In this document: piece by piece, positions 10,515 to 26,542 of the stretch
Layout of the letters: each line of letters begins with the position of its first letter
Position numbering within the stretch: position 1 is the stretch's first letter
NCBI GenBank assembly: GCA_963845185.1
Contig: CAWJRG010000011.1
Coordinates: 1 to 64,000, forward strand
Length of the DNA: 64,000 nt
Direction: 5' to 3'
Source of the DNA: an uncultured bacterium
GTDB lineage: Bacteria > Oederibacteriota > PGYV01 > CAWJRG01
Notes under the pieces: generated by a model
Told to the model about the DNA's origin: nothing
Databases searched by the model: none
What the model saw: only the letters and a program-made list of their open reading frames with translations
Translations under genes and position numbers: made by a program

Positions 10515-11345
10515 TTAACTTTCAACATTCAACTGTTTATTAATCATCCTTGCCATTTCTATATTTTGCGTATGCCCTGTCCTCACCGCTATTATCAGCA
10601 GGTTCAGGTTCGCTCCAAGCAGGCCAAAATCCCCGATAATATCAAGTATCTTGTGCCTGGTTATTTCATTTTTATACCTTAATTTTGTGTTGACAGGTTT
10701 TCCATTGTCGATTAGAACAGCGTTCTTTAAATTAGCGCCTTTTATTAATCCTGATTTAACGAGCGTGTCGATTTCGTTCTTAAATCCAAAAGTCCTCGCC
10801 TTCGAAATTTCATTAATGTAACTCTCAGGCGTGATGTTTACGCTGTAATCTTCCGGTTTTAGGCCATTGCCTGAAAAGTCCGAAAAATAATGCACCTTTA
10901 ATTCGCGATAAGGAAGAACCGTAAGGTATTTATCATTATCTTTTATTACAATTGGATTTTTTATATTTATTTCTTTTTTATCTTCGTCCTGAATGGACGG
11001 GGAAATCCTGCTTAATGCTTTTATATACTCAAATGAACTCCCGTCGAATACAGGTGGTTCTTCTCCGCCGTCGATTTCAACCGCTATGTTGTCTATATTG
11101 AGGCCCCTGACGGCAGATACCATGTGTTCTACGGTATGTATTGTATTTCCGTTATATTTTAAGGAAGTGCCTCTTTTGGTGTCAAAAACCAGATCCACGC
11201 CGGCCTTAAATTCCATCCCTTTATTTTTTATAATTATACCGCTGCCGGCCTTAGCCGGTGAAAAAACAATTTTTACCCTGCCGCCGGTATGCAGCCCAAT
11301 CCCGTTTAACTCGGTTTTTTTCTTTATTGTTATTTGCTTTTTCAT
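10515..11345 (-). CDS. lpxC: UDP-3-O-acyl-GlcNAc deacetylase
   Basis: GIGLHTG, TVEH, ARTFG, HKILD zinc motifs. Confidence 0.95.
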   Translation of the reverse strand: MKKQITIKKKTELNGIGLHTGGRVKIVFSPAKAGSGIIIKNKGMEFKAGVDLVFDTKRGTSLKYNGNTIHTVEHMVSAVRGLNIDNIAVEIDGGEEPPVFDGSSFEYIKALSRISPSIQDEDKKEINIKNPIVIKDNDKYLTVLPYRELKVHYFSDFSGNGLKPEDYSVNITPESYINEISKARTFGFKNEIDTLVKSGLIKGANLKNAVLIDNGKPVNTKLRYKNEITRHKILDIIGDFGLLGANLNLLIIAVRTGHTQNIEMARMINKQLNVES

Positions 11346-12364
11346 TTTTCTTTGAGCTTTTTAATTTCTTCCTCAAGTGCTTTTACTCTTGCGAATAATT
11401 CTTTTAGTTTCATCACGTAAGCTTCGCTTCTTCTGAGTTCCATCAGGGGCCGCGCCGGCGATCCCGAAATTACGGCGTTGTCTTCTATATCCTTTCCAAC
11501 CCCGGACTGAGCTCCGACTTTCACGAAATCCCCTGCCTTTATATGGTCGGCAAAACCCACCTGCCCGCCTAACAACGAGTATTTGCCTATCTCGCTGCTG
11601 CCTGATATCCCTGATTGGGCAGCTATTATAGTACCTTCCCCGATTTTCACGTTATGTGCTACCTGGACGAGGTTATCAAGCTTAACGTTGTCGCCCACCA
11701 GTGTCGGGCCGAAAGCGCCGCGGTCAATTGTTGTGTTTGCGCCTATTTCGACATTATTGCCTATTTTCACGTATCCTATCTGCGGTACTTTTATTATTTT
11801 GCCCGCGTCTTCCACAAAGCCGAAACCGTCGCTGCCTATCACGCAGCCTGCGTGAATTATCGTGCTTTCGCCTATCTCGCTCCTCGCGTATATGGAAACA
11901 TTCGGGTAAATTGTTGTATTTTTGCCTATTTTGACAGAATCGCCTATGAATACACCGGGAAAAACAGTAACGCCGTCTGAAATTTCGGCATTATCTTTTA
12001 TAACGGCAAAATCATCCACATAGACATTTTTGCCTAGTTTTACGGTTTTAGCTATGGACGCCTTCGGAGAAATATATTCAGTTTTTTCTTTTTTCGGCGT
12101 AAACAGGTTGATTATTTCGATATATGCCAGTTTGGCGTTTTTGACTTTAATTACGGTTTTCCCTTTTATCTCATTCACGGAGTCGGAAAGTATTATTTTT
12201 GCCTTGGATTCTTCGGCTTCCTTTACGTATTTTTCCGATAATACAAAACTTAAATACGATTCTTCGGCATTTTTCAGCTCGGAAATTCCGTTTATCCTGT
12301 CTACCGGGTCGCCGATTACCTTGCCATCGACGGCGCGGGCTATTTCCTCCGCGCTAAACTGCAT
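11342..12364 (-). CDS. lpxD: UDP-3-O-acylglucosamine N-acyltransferase
   Basis: [30 protein letters not shown]. Confidence 0.96.
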   Translation of the reverse strand: MQFSAEEIARAVDGKVIGDPVDRINGISELKNAEESYLSFVLSEKYVKEAEESKAKIILSDSVNEIKGKTVIKVKNAKLAYIEIINLFTPKKEKTEYISPKASIAKTVKLGKNVYVDDFAVIKDNAEISDGVTVFPGVFIGDSVKIGKNTTIYPNVSIYARSEIGESTIIHAGCVIGSDGFGFVEDAGKIIKVPQIGYVKIGNNVEIGANTTIDRGAFGPTLVGDNVKLDNLVQVAHNVKIGEGTIIAAQSGISGSSEIGKYSLLGGQVGFADHIKAGDFVKVGAQSGVGKDIEDNAVISGSPARPLMELRRSEAYVMKLKELFARVKALEEEIKKLKEK

Positions 12365-12369
12365 AAAAT

Positions 12370-12864
12370 TTATTCCTCGTTCATTTTTTTGATGACAAAA
12401 GCCGTTAAATCGTCGCCTCCGTAAAGCAAGTTGTTGCGTTCGAAAACATAGTCGTATCCTTTTTCTTTTGCCACCTTCTGGACTATTGCCCGGATTTCCT
12501 CCACGATATTCGCGGTCATTGTCTTCTCTTCATCCAGCAGTTTTTGCTGAGTATCCGCTGCGTCTGCCTGCAGTTTTTCCAGTTTCGTCTGCAGTTGTTC
12601 TTCCATGTTGTGCTCTTTTTCCTTGCTCAATACTGTTTTTTGTTTTTCAAGCGAATCCTGAAGACTTTGGATCTCTTTTTTCTTTGCTTCAAGGCTTGTT
12701 TTCTCCTTGTCCAGCTTGTCCTGCAGTTTTGCCTTTGCTTTTTTTGTGCCTTCATACTCGTTAAAAACTTTTTCAATATCTACATAGGCAACCTGCAAGG
12801 CGTAGATCCTCGCCGCTGATAAAAAAAACAAAACTCCAAAAACCACCATAAAAATTTTCTTCAT
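12370..12864 (-). CDS. skp: OmpH/Skp periplasmic chaperone
   Basis: Signal peptide, VAYVD, coiled coil, GYDYVF; lies between bamA and lpxD. Confidence 0.9.
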   Translation of the reverse strand: MKKIFMVVFGVLFFLSAARIYALQVAYVDIEKVFNEYEGTKKAKAKLQDKLDKEKTSLEAKKKEIQSLQDSLEKQKTVLSKEKEHNMEEQLQTKLEKLQADAADTQQKLLDEEKTMTANIVEEIRAIVQKVAKEKGYDYVFERNNLLYGGDDLTAFVIKKMNEE

Positions 12865-12892
12865 CTGCTTTTCCTCCTTTTAAGGTTTATTC

Positions 12893-15241
12893 TTAAAAAA
12901 TATTCCCAATGTTAAAATCTATCCTTCCACCTGGTTTCTTGTAATTCGGGTCAAGAGGGAATCCCCAGTCAAGCCTTATCAGCATTACCGTTCCCGGCAC
13001 TGTAAACCTTATTCCTACGCCGGCACTCGGATAAAGATAAGGGTCTTTCCAGTCAACATCGCTTGCTGATGGCCAGCAGTTCCCGCTGTCATAAAAAGAC
13101 ACAAGCGTCAACATCCTTTCTATTATTTTCAGTTTATATTCGATATTTGTTATTATTGTGAAATTACCTCCTGCCTGGCCCGGCCCCAGCACCCTCTCGT
13201 CATACCCCCTGACCGTGTCGGTCCCGCCGGCATAAAATCTTTCCACAAGAGGGACATCCGGTCTACCGTACTCATTCCAATTATATCCCCATGCGTCCCC
13301 TACTCTTATATGCATGCCCAGTACGAATTTCCATATGCTTGGTATAAATATCCTGCTGTCAAAAATAGCTTTCATGTAATTATAATCCCCCCCGAGAACG
13401 CCGCCGCCAATCTGCAGTGACGCGCTGTCATACACTCCTCTGTTGGGATCGAAAACATCATCCCTGGTATCATGAACATACATCGGGGTTATGCTGCTTA
13501 TCTGGCTTTCTCCGGGCTTGACTATATTCGCCATGCCGGAGCTTATATTTGAATAAGTGTCGTCCTGGTACCTGTATGTGAAATACCCCTGCTGTTCTTC
13601 TGAAAACCTTTTCCCCAGGCTTACGTCAAAACCATAGGTATCCACGTCATAGCCCTCGTTATTGTAAGAGCTGTAGGTGTAAGTATTCCACACATCAGTC
13701 TGGAAAGAAGTAGGCGTGTCATACAGCCACGGGTCTTTATAAGTAAGCTGCCATGTCCTCTGTAAGCTTCCAACCTGAATTGTGGCGGAAAAAACCTTGC
13801 CCTCTCCGAATAGATTGTTTTCGGAAAGCGAGAGGTTACCCACAAGCTTTTCTATAGAACTGTATCCAGCGCCCAGGCTTATTGTCCCGGTTTTTTTCTC
13901 TTTTACCTCTAATATGACGTTTAATTTATCTATATCAACCTGTTCGGTATCAGGGACAATATTGTCGAAAAAACCCAGATTATATAATTTTTCAACCGAC
14001 CTTCTTATCTTTGTGCTGTCAAATGGGTCCCCGTCATGTATGAGCAACTCCCTGAGTATGACTTTCTCCTTTGTGACATAATTACCCATTACCTTTATTT
14101 TGTTTATGTAGGCGACTGTCCCTTCTTCGATTTCAAGAGTGATTTTTACCTCGCCTATATCGTCGTCATAAACATAGGAATCTTTTATCTGCACGAATAT
14201 ATAGCCTTTTTCTGAATAAAAAGATCTTACGGCCATGATATCCTTATCAAACTGCGTCTTGTTAAAAACCTTACCTATCCTGCTTTCTATCTTACTTGTA
14301 ATTTCCTCCGTGGTATATAATTCATTGCCCTTTATGTCCATGCTTGTTATTTTATATTGGATCCCTTCAGACACCGGTATTTTCAGCGTAACAATATTTG
14401 TATTTTTATCTATCAATACGTCTTTCCCCATTATATCTTTTTTATTGATGTCTATTTCCCCGTAAGAAAATCCGTTTACTTTCGCTTTTACATAGCCTTC
14501 CTCGGCGTATGAGCTGATAATTGCCTTTAAATCGTCAAGAAATTTATCCTCGTCAAAAGCCCCGCTTTGGAACCATCCTTCTTCCTTTGTCTTCATCGTT
14601 CCTTTTACTTTGTCGGCGCTGAATACTTTGTTCCCTTCAATGACGATATTTTTGATTTTTATTTTGCTGCCTTCATCGACGTCGATTTCAATATTGACTT
14701 TCTGCCCGCCGGTTTCCTGCTGCTGCGGTGCAATATTGTACTTAACCGTAGCGTAATAAAAATTCTTTTCCTTATACATATTTTCAATATTTATTATTGC
14801 TCTTTTAAGCTTGTACTCGTCAAAATATTCGTTTTCTTTCAGCTTGATTTCTTCCTTGTCGTCGTCCAGTTTGCCCTTGATGTCGCCTTCTCCTACTTCC
14901 TTATTGCCTTTGACTATAACCTTGTTAATTTTAGGTTTCTCTTTCAGGTCATATACAAGGCTTATTTTACCGTCTTTTTCCTCGGCATAGACTTCTATGG
15001 AATCAAATTTGCCGGTTTTATAAATGGCTTTAATATCTTCCCTTGTTTTATATTTTGATAACTCCATCCCAATGCTGTAAGAAATTATATCCGTAATTTC
15101 CTTTTCAGGCACCGTAACGAGTCCGTTTATTTTAATGTCGCTTATTACAGTTGATTTTTTAGTTTCTTCCGCATTCAAAATATATGTCCAAGATATAAAA
15201 AATAATATAAAAAGAATGCTTATAACTTTTCTCGCTTTCAA
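12893..15241 (-). CDS. bamA: Outer membrane protein assembly factor BamA
   Basis: POTRA repeats, ENNLFG, FYAGG..TVRGY, C-terminal FNIGNIF. Confidence 0.95.
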   Translation of the reverse strand: MKARKVISILFILFFISWTYILNAEETKKSTVISDIKINGLVTVPEKEITDIISYSIGMELSKYKTREDIKAIYKTGKFDSIEVYAEEKDGKISLVYDLKEKPKINKVIVKGNKEVGEGDIKGKLDDDKEEIKLKENEYFDEYKLKRAIINIENMYKEKNFYYATVKYNIAPQQQETGGQKVNIEIDVDEGSKIKIKNIVIEGNKVFSADKVKGTMKTKEEGWFQSGAFDEDKFLDDLKAIISSYAEEGYVKAKVNGFSYGEIDINKKDIMGKDVLIDKNTNIVTLKIPVSEGIQYKITSMDIKGNELYTTEEITSKIESRIGKVFNKTQFDKDIMAVRSFYSEKGYIFVQIKDSYVYDDDIGEVKITLEIEEGTVAYINKIKVMGNYVTKEKVILRELLIHDGDPFDSTKIRRSVEKLYNLGFFDNIVPDTEQVDIDKLNVILEVKEKKTGTISLGAGYSSIEKLVGNLSLSENNLFGEGKVFSATIQVGSLQRTWQLTYKDPWLYDTPTSFQTDVWNTYTYSSYNNEGYDVDTYGFDVSLGKRFSEEQQGYFTYRYQDDTYSNISSGMANIVKPGESQISSITPMYVHDTRDDVFDPNRGVYDSASLQIGGGVLGGDYNYMKAIFDSRIFIPSIWKFVLGMHIRVGDAWGYNWNEYGRPDVPLVERFYAGGTDTVRGYDERVLGPGQAGGNFTIITNIEYKLKIIERMLTLVSFYDSGNCWPSASDVDWKDPYLYPSAGVGIRFTVPGTVMLIRLDWGFPLDPNYKKPGGRIDFNIGNIF

Positions 15242-15515
15242 CCATATACCTCCTGCAGAGTTTATAATAATATTTTAGACGTTTTTGATACCTGAATAGT
15301 TGCCTATATCATAAATAATTAATAGTATTTTATGGGCTTTTTCTGCTTGCCGGAGTAAATCACTCTATTTTCCGCATAGCGATACACAATAAAACACATA
15401 ATATTGTTTTAGTTTTAAATTTTTTGATTTACAGGATTTAAAACAAAAAATATTATAGCACAAGAGTAAAATAATGCAATGAATTTGTTGAATCTTGAAA
15501 TATCATTGCTGTTTC

Positions 15516-17786
15516 TCATCTAAAAAGCGGAAATTCCGTGTAAGGATTGTTGTCGCTTATTATCGGGTATTTCCTCATGGATTCTTTTAAACCATCCATG
15601 CTATAAAATAATAATTTTAATAATTGATCGCTGGTAATGCAACTATTATCATATTCTTTTAGATCTTCTATTAATTTTTTATTTTTAAAAAATTTTTTAA
15701 ATTTTTTAATATCAATTCTTATGTTTTTTAGGCTTCCTACTAAATAAAAGCCCCAATTGTGAGGTCCTCTCCAAACAGACATGTTGGGAAAAACAGAAAA
15801 AAATGTATTTAGTATCATCCAGTTCTCCCCTTTTTCTCCGCCTATAAACCACATGCACATAACACCGCCATGGGTAAGATGTTTTTTACAGATTTCAAAA
15901 AAGTCTTTCGCATAAAGATTTACCGTGCCTGCGCTGTAAATTGGAGGAGACGGGTCAACGCTTATCACATCATATTTGTCAGAAGAAAGCAGCAAATAAT
16001 TGCGTCCGTCTTCTGCAATTAATTTTATATTTTTATTTTTTAGTATTTCATCGGAATTATTATGGTAATATTTGAAGCATTGGTATACTTCCGGAACCAA
16101 TTCAACAGAGGTTATATCCATGTTGTCATAGATACTTGCAGATTCAACAATCGTCCCCATCCCAAAACATATTGCCAAAAATTTCTTCGGAGTATCAGTT
16201 AAAATTACCGGCAGGTGCGCCATTAATTTGGTTTCTGTGCATAATTTTGTTTGCGATGTACCGTTGATTAAAAGGTGTTTGGATCCATTTATCATGCAAC
16301 TCGTTACAGTCCCCTGCACGCATTCTTTATTATAAAAAATTTTGTAATTTTTTGATTGTGCGCTAACCCATTTTTTGATCACATCTAAAAAAATGTCTTT
16401 TCTAACAGTCCCCAGCATGAGCAAAATAATGACAGGTAAAATCAAAGCATATTTCAATTTTAAGTTTATCCGTTTCCCGGGTTCAATATATAAAAGTAAA
16501 AAACCAACCAACACATTAAGCATAGCGAGCAGTATTATTGTTTTTGTTGAACCGATAAGGCTTATTAATATAAACCCAGTAATAAGAGATCCCGCCATAT
16601 TGCCCGCAGTATTAAAAATATAAACCGTCCCGATTGACGAACCCGTTTTATTTACACTTTTGGCAAAACATATAGAAGCTATCGGAAATATCATTCCAAA
16701 AATAAAAGTTATAGGAAAAACAAGCGCAACCGGGGAAATTATTCTTGCGATTTCCCCAATATCAAAAAACGGAAAAATATATAAATTGATTACTGATAAA
16801 ACGCCTACAGCCACTTCAAGAATCCCAAAAATAAAAAGAGGTGTTTTTAGTTTATTAATAAATCTGTTTATAAATAAGCTCCCTGACGCAACCCCCATTA
16901 AAAATACCGCAAGCATTGCCGAAAAAGCATATATGCTTACATTTAAATATAAAATTAACTGCCTTGTCCATATAACTTCATATGCCAAAGCGGTAAAACC
17001 GCTTATTAAAATCGAAATCAAAACAAATTTTCTTGTATTATCAGGGTATAAAGAAATTAAGCCATTTCCAGCAGTTTCGTCCGCCACGGTAATCTGCTTT
17101 TCTTCGGTAGATCCTGTTTTCTTTTTATCAATTATTAAAATCCCTTCAGCAACAATTAAATTAATAACAACCCCTATAAATATGGTCTCCCATTCACCCA
17201 GAGTTCCTATAGTAATAAAACCGCTCAACAGGACACCTACAACTGCTCCAAGCGTATTTAATCCGTATAACAAGCTTAAATTAGCTCCAAACATCTTATC
17301 TTTTTTTGTTAAATAGCCTGTTAATAAAGGCAGGGTTCCTCCCATTAAGGTCGTGGGAATTAGCAATGTGAAAAATGATATTAATATCCTCATTACTGTG
17401 ACAATTAGCCTGCTGTTATTACTTATCTCATAAATGCCTTTATAAAGTGGTATTGATATGCTGAACAACAGCGGCGTTATGACTGCACTTAGAGATATCA
17501 ATAATTGCAAAAAAACATATATTTTTAGTAATTTTTTACTATTATCTGTAATTTTTCCTAATATATAACTTCCTATTCCGAGCCCTGCCATGAAAGCTGC
17601 TAGTGTTATTGCCGTTGCATATGTTGTCACTCCAAGCACGCGGGAAAGCATCCTAAGCCATATAACCTCGTAAATTAACCCGCTTATGCCAGACGCAAAA
17701 AATAATAAAAATAGAATCTTTTTTTCCATCGAATTACTCATAATGCGTACGAAACCTCCTAATCCTTCGTAATTACTGACAATCAT
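15516..17786 (-). CDS. Fused MFS-like membrane domain / spermidine synthase-like protein
   Basis: SGLIYEVIW, YGLNTLGA TM region; VELVP, EDGRNYL, YDVISVD C-terminal domain; exact start uncertain. Confidence 0.85.
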   Translation of the reverse strand: MIVSNYEGLGGFVRIMSNSMEKKILFLLFFASGISGLIYEVIWLRMLSRVLGVTTYATAITLAAFMAGLGIGSYILGKITDNSKKLLKIYVFLQLLISLSAVITPLLFSISIPLYKGIYEISNNSRLIVTVMRILISFFTLLIPTTLMGGTLPLLTGYLTKKDKMFGANLSLLYGLNTLGAVVGVLLSGFITIGTLGEWETIFIGVVINLIVAEGILIIDKKKTGSTEEKQITVADETAGNGLISLYPDNTRKFVLISILISGFTALAYEVIWTRQLILYLNVSIYAFSAMLAVFLMGVASGSLFINRFINKLKTPLFIFGILEVAVGVLSVINLYIFPFFDIGEIARIISPVALVFPITFIFGMIFPIASICFAKSVNKTGSSIGTVYIFNTAGNMAGSLITGFILISLIGSTKTIILLAMLNVLVGFLLLYIEPGKRINLKLKYALILPVIILLMLGTVRKDIFLDVIKKWVSAQSKNYKIFYNKECVQGTVTSCMINGSKHLLINGTSQTKLCTETKLMAHLPVILTDTPKKFLAICFGMGTIVESASIYDNMDITSVELVPEVYQCFKYYHNNSDEILKNKNIKLIAEDGRNYLLLSSDKYDVISVDPSPPIYSAGTVNLYAKDFFEICKKHLTHGGVMCMWFIGGEKGENWMILNTFFSVFPNMSVWRGPHNWGFYLVGSLKNIRIDIKKFKKFFKNKKLIEDLKEYDNSCITSDQLLKLLFYSMDGLKESMRKYPIISDNNPYTEFPLFR

Positions 17787-18072
17787 AACATAGAAAATTT
17801 GGTATTCAACTATATTCCTGAATTATAGTCCTTTTTAGCATTACTGCTGTCTCTGCACAAACATTGTAGTTTCCCGGTTTTAAAATAAAAAAACCCTGAT
17901 CGATTTTTTCGTCAACCATGGCTTTTATTCAAGTCAAGCAACACCCATAAAATACTTTTGTTTACCGCAGGTGAACATATACTATATCATGTTTTTGCCC
18001 ACCTATCATTTTGCCGGGCTTTAGTCCCTGCCCGTACAAAGACATAGGCTTTGTTGGATTTATCATAATAAG

Positions 18073-18111
18073 CAAAAAGCCCGGGTGGTGTTTATCACCC
18101 GGGCTCTTTTG
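18073..18111 (-). terminator. Intrinsic terminator of the rRNA operon
   Basis: AGCCCGGGTG stem followed by TTTTT on the minus strand, just after 5S. Confidence 0.85.
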
Positions 18112-18120
18112 CTTATTTAA

Positions 18121-18238
18121 GTCCAGCAACGCCCTACTTTCGCATACAGTTACCCATATACTATCATCGGCGAAGAAGGGCTTAACTGCCGTGTTCGGTA
18201 TGGGAACGGGTGTTTCCCCTTCTCTATGGTCACTGGAC
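18121..18238 (-). rRNA. rrf: 5S rRNA
   Basis: CCCGTTCCCATACCGAACACGGCAGTTAAGC; ends pair (GTCCAG/CTGGAC). Confidence 0.97.
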
Positions 18239-18351
18239 ATTTTTAATTCAACTCTAATATTCAAACATTTTTATAAAAACTTCAGAGAAAGTCTTCCGAC
18301 GCCAATTTTTATTATTGCTTGCAGGGGCTTTACGCCCCTGCATATAAAAAG

Positions 18352-21389
<3,038 letters not shown>

Positions 21390-21677
21390 ACATTTCTTTC
21401 GAGTTCTCCATTCTTACGATTTAGCATCGGCGTTTTTAATTACCTGCGTAGTAATTAAAAACAAAAAAGACTTTCTCTGATAACTTGCAAAGAACATTTT
21501 TTAAAAAAAATGGAAGAGAGCAGGTCTAAAGTTGTCATGTTACTTTTTCTCATGATAAATTTCTCAACAATATCTACTACCCTCTGCTATATTCTCTTTA
21601 AATTTTTAAGAACTTTTCATTAATATCTTCAATTTCTGTGCCCAACTTCGGTGGAAAGCCATAGCTTCAGCGAAGTC

Positions 21678-21753
21678 TGGTGGAGATGAGCGGAGTTGAA
21701 CCGCCGACCCCCTGGTTGCAAACCAGGTGCTCTCCCAGCTGAGCTACATCCCC
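21678..21753 (-). tRNA. tRNA-Ala(TGC)
   Basis: GGGGATGTAGCTCAG...TTGCAA...CCACCA cloverleaf in the ITS. Confidence 0.97.
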
Positions 21754-21857
21754 ACGCTCCAATTCGGAATGCGGAATTTGGGATTCGGAATTTTTAACAT
21801 TTTTATGCAGACATTTAAATTCCGCGGAATCGCCAGCTCATTTATCCGGTAAAAAAC

Positions 21858-21934
21858 TGGTGGGCCTTTCTGGGCTTGAACCAGAGACCTCACGCTTATC
21901 AAGCGTGCGCTCTAACCAGCTGAGCTAAAGGCCC
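21858..21934 (-). tRNA. tRNA-Ile(GAT)
   Basis: GGGCCTTTAGCTCAG...TTGATAA...CCACCA. Confidence 0.97.
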
Positions 21935-22007
21935 AAGGCCCAATATTTTTAGATTAGGTAGCCTGTGAAGGGCTTATTTGCACCGTAAACTTAGTTGTAA
22001 AAAAGCT

Positions 22008-23582
<1,575 letters not shown>

Positions 23583-23721
23583 TCGAGTGTCCTTCACAGG
23601 CTTAACCTAATCTATGATGTTCTTGTAAAAGAACAGACAATAATATTCCATTAAAAATATTTTTATTTTTTTAAGATCGGTTGGGGAAGAGTACTACAAA
23701 TACTTCAATTCCCTTAGTAAA

Positions 23722-23936
23722 AGTATATCCGCTACTTTTAAAAAAATCAAGTTTCTTCTTTAGCCGAAAGATAAAAACCAACAAAATTTGATTTTTACTT
23801 AAAAATCAGGATAATTTCTTTAACAAAAATAAAACTTTTCTCCGGTTTTCAGTATTAATTAAAACCGCAGAACTCTTAAAGAACCATCTGCTTTTCGGGC
23901 AGGATCAAAGTTTATCAAAAATAATTTATTTGTCAA
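23722..23936 (-). promoter_or_regulatory. Tandem sigma70-like rRNA promoters
   Basis: TTGACA-N16-TAAACT (23936-23909) and TTGATT-N17-TATACT (23750-23722); boxA-like GTTCTTT downstream. Confidence 0.65.
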
Positions 23937-23981
23937 GCATTTTTTTACTTTATTTTGTTTTCCCCTCAAAGATGAAAAAAA

Positions 23982-24392
23982 TTAATTATTGTCAGTTGTA
24001 TTTTCTTTAATTTTCTGCCCAATAAATGTGTTTAAAAACTCACTGTCTTCAGCGTTTATTACAACGAAACTTAAACCCGCTACATATTCGTTCGGATTGA
24101 TCTCCCTGCACCACCTGACCTCCCCAATTACTTTTAACAATTTTTCCTTTTCTTTAATAGGAAAAAACATTTCCATGCTTACCATACTGTAAATGACCAC
24201 ATTTATTGGCAATTTAATGCATACCCCACCTTTTGATATGTTTTTTGTTTTTGCAAAAAGATAATCCATGTGCATTTGATTTACATTATCAAGCAGGACT
24301 TTATATTTTGTATACACTTCATAATCAAGCCGCGGATAAGCACGTCTTTCTAAATAATCATCCATTTTTAGCTCCCTCATATCATTTGCCAT
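23982..24392 (-). CDS. PilZ domain c-di-GMP-binding protein
   Basis: ERRAYPR (RxxxR) and NISKGG (D/NxSxGG). Confidence 0.85.
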   Translation of the reverse strand: MANDMRELKMDDYLERRAYPRLDYEVYTKYKVLLDNVNQMHMDYLFAKTKNISKGGVCIKLPINVVIYSMVSMEMFFPIKEKEKLLKVIGEVRWCREINPNEYVAGLSFVVINAEDSEFLNTFIGQKIKENTTDNN

Positions 24393-24498
24393 CTTTCACA
24401 CCAGTTGTATACACAAAAGAATATACAATTGTCAAACAATTGTCAACACATTTTTTAAAATTTTATTTAATCTTTTAAATTCCCAAATTGATACATAA

Positions 24499-25419
24499 CT
24501 AAGTTCCGTTTTTTTCAGCTAGCCATTCTTTTATAAAATATCCCATCCTATTTTCCCTGTCTTCCGGTAAATTCCATGGTTTATCAAATATTTTTGGAGC
24601 CCAGTCATTATCAAAACACCATGCAGCCCAACTTGCGCCATTCTCTTCAATTATCTTTTTAAAAGGAATACCAAAACCGCTTGTAGTGCCTTCTATAGTT
24701 TCTGCAACAACTTTTGAAGGTTTTTCATAACCCCATTCAGTAAAAAAAACAGGATATTTTTCAAACAAAGGTCCCCAATTTTCTTTAAAATTACGCATAT
24801 GATAAGGATAGCAATGTGCTGAGTATACTATATTCTTTCCTCTAAAAGGGTTCTTGGCCGCACCTGACATATTTTGGCACCATCTGGGACCACCCATAAG
24901 TATAATGTTCCTTGGTGCCATTTCACGTACAAAATCGACCCACGGTTGCGCTATTTCCAGCCATGTATCCCATATATCAGGTTTAATTGGTTCATTAAAA
25001 ATTTCAAACAAGACATTCGGTGAGCTTTTATAATAAGGTGCAGCAAATTTCCAGAAACTCCTTATCTGGTTATCAGCAAGTTTATCCATATAATCGCCAA
25101 ATATATGAAGATCAATAATCACATAAACTTTTAAATCAATTGCCTTTTCAACCGCAGGAATCAAATATTCTTCCATGTATTTATTCATATTATCTTCCCA
25201 CCCCTGAATATCATCAATGCCGCCTGGATGTATTGGCAGGCGTATAACACCAGAGTGCCATTCATTACACGCCAGTTCCATGATTTTAAATAAGTCATAC
25301 GGCCTTTCTCTTTTATAAAACATTAAAGATTTAGGATCAGCTATTGAAACCCCACGTAGAATTTTTGTTTTATTTTCTTGGTCTTTTAAATACCTGCCTT
25401 CAACATGCAGCCATTGCAT
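24499..25419 (-). CDS. Glycoside hydrolase family 5
   Basis: IRLP, IIDLH, IFNEP acid/base, HCY, FTEWG nucleophile; no signal peptide. Confidence 0.88.
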   Translation of the reverse strand: MQWLHVEGRYLKDQENKTKILRGVSIADPKSLMFYKRERPYDLFKIMELACNEWHSGVIRLPIHPGGIDDIQGWEDNMNKYMEEYLIPAVEKAIDLKVYVIIDLHIFGDYMDKLADNQIRSFWKFAAPYYKSSPNVLFEIFNEPIKPDIWDTWLEIAQPWVDFVREMAPRNIILMGGPRWCQNMSGAAKNPFRGKNIVYSAHCYPYHMRNFKENWGPLFEKYPVFFTEWGYEKPSKVVAETIEGTTSGFGIPFKKIIEENGASWAAWCFDNDWAPKIFDKPWNLPEDRENRMGYFIKEWLAEKNGT

Positions 25420-25519
25420 TTATTCACAACCTTTTAATTCATATATTAATTTTAAAACAGCTTAAATTTTAGATTTTTTATTATAAATTAGATTCATATA
25501 ATTCGCAAGCTTATTGATA

Positions 25520-25548
25520 TTGACTGCCTGTAAATTAAATGATATATT
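25520..25548 (+). promoter_or_regulatory. sigma70 promoter of tRNA-Gln
   Basis: TTGACT-N17-TATATT. Confidence 0.6.
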
Positions 25549-25564
25549 TTTAATTCACAAAGGT

Positions 25565-25640
25565 TGCCGGGTCGTCTAATTGGCAGGACCCCTGACTCTG
25601 GATCAGGTAGTTGGTGGTTCGACTCCACCCCCGGCAGCCA
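25565..25640 (+). tRNA. tRNA-Gln(CTG)
   Basis: TGCCGGG/CCCGGCA acceptor stem, CTCTGGA anticodon loop, GGTTCGACTCC, CCA end. Confidence 0.95.
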
Positions 25641-25729
25641 AAATTTTAAACCATATTACTAAACCATTAAAAACAAAAAATTTGACAAAGCATCAATTCC
25701 CTGCTATTTTATTTCGTAAGGAGACATTT

Positions 25730-26542
25730 ATGCGTAGGTTTATTTATATAACAGTGCTTTTATTATACTCATCCTTTATCCCAGCCGATGATTATGGCAA
25801 TAAATTTTCTAATGTGACAGTTGAAATAATACCTTTGTTCAGTATGGTTTCAATGACAAAGTTGGATAATATATTTACCAGCATGGGAAACAGCTTTATA
25901 AATTCGAATTACCAGTTAAGCAAGCAGCTTCCTTCCCCTGTTATCAGCACTGAACTTGCATTTAATCTGCTGTCATTCGATATTCCCGGTTTTGCCCTGT
26001 CAATGAAATTCGCCTATTTATACATATTTCCGGCTTATCTGCACGCCAAGAGGGACCCATTGAGTTATGACAACTATAGCTACGAATGGAACAATGATTT
26101 TAATTTTTCCTTTATTCCTGTATTTATCGGTATTACATATAATCACAGTTTTCCTAAAAAACCTTTTTTTGTCGGTGGTTCGGTTTATATCGGCGCCGCA
26201 ATGATAAATTCAGTATGGAAATCAGAATTCAATACCGATAATCCTGCATGGACACATGATGAAATTTCTTCCTGGAATTTTACAAACAATCTGTCGGCAA
26301 TTTCTTTTGTGGCAGAAACAAACCTTGGTCTGGGAATAAAAATTTCAAAAAATGCCGCATTCCAGCTGATTATCGGCTACAGGTTCGCAAATGTTGACCA
26401 TCTATCATTCTCTTATGATACAAGCAACACATTCGGCGGTAATATTAAGACAGGAGCCATAGCCATGGGCATTAATTCCGGCTCCATCGCTCTTGATTTT
26501 TCCGGCCTGATTGCAGGAGCCGCAGTTACTTATAAATTCTAA
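25730..26542 (+). CDS. Putative outer-membrane beta-barrel protein
   Basis: ATG after AAGGAG, signal peptide, alternating beta strands, C-terminal VTYKF. Confidence 0.65.
   Translation: MRRFIYITVLLLYSSFIPADDYGNKFSNVTVEIIPLFSMVSMTKLDNIFTSMGNSFINSNYQLSKQLPSPVISTELAFNLLSFDIPGFALSMKFAYLYIFPAYLHAKRDPLSYDNYSYEWNNDFNFSFIPVFIGITYNHSFPKKPFFVGGSVYIGAAMINSVWKSEFNTDNPAWTHDEISSWNFTNNLSAISFVAETNLGLGIKISKNAAFQLIIGYRFANVDHLSFSYDTSNTFGGNIKTGAIAMGINSGSIALDFSGLIAGAAVTYKF

Noticed and set aside
25580..25729. N-terminal extension of ORF 25580..26542
   Set aside because: It overlaps tRNA-Gln; the SD-supported start is 25730
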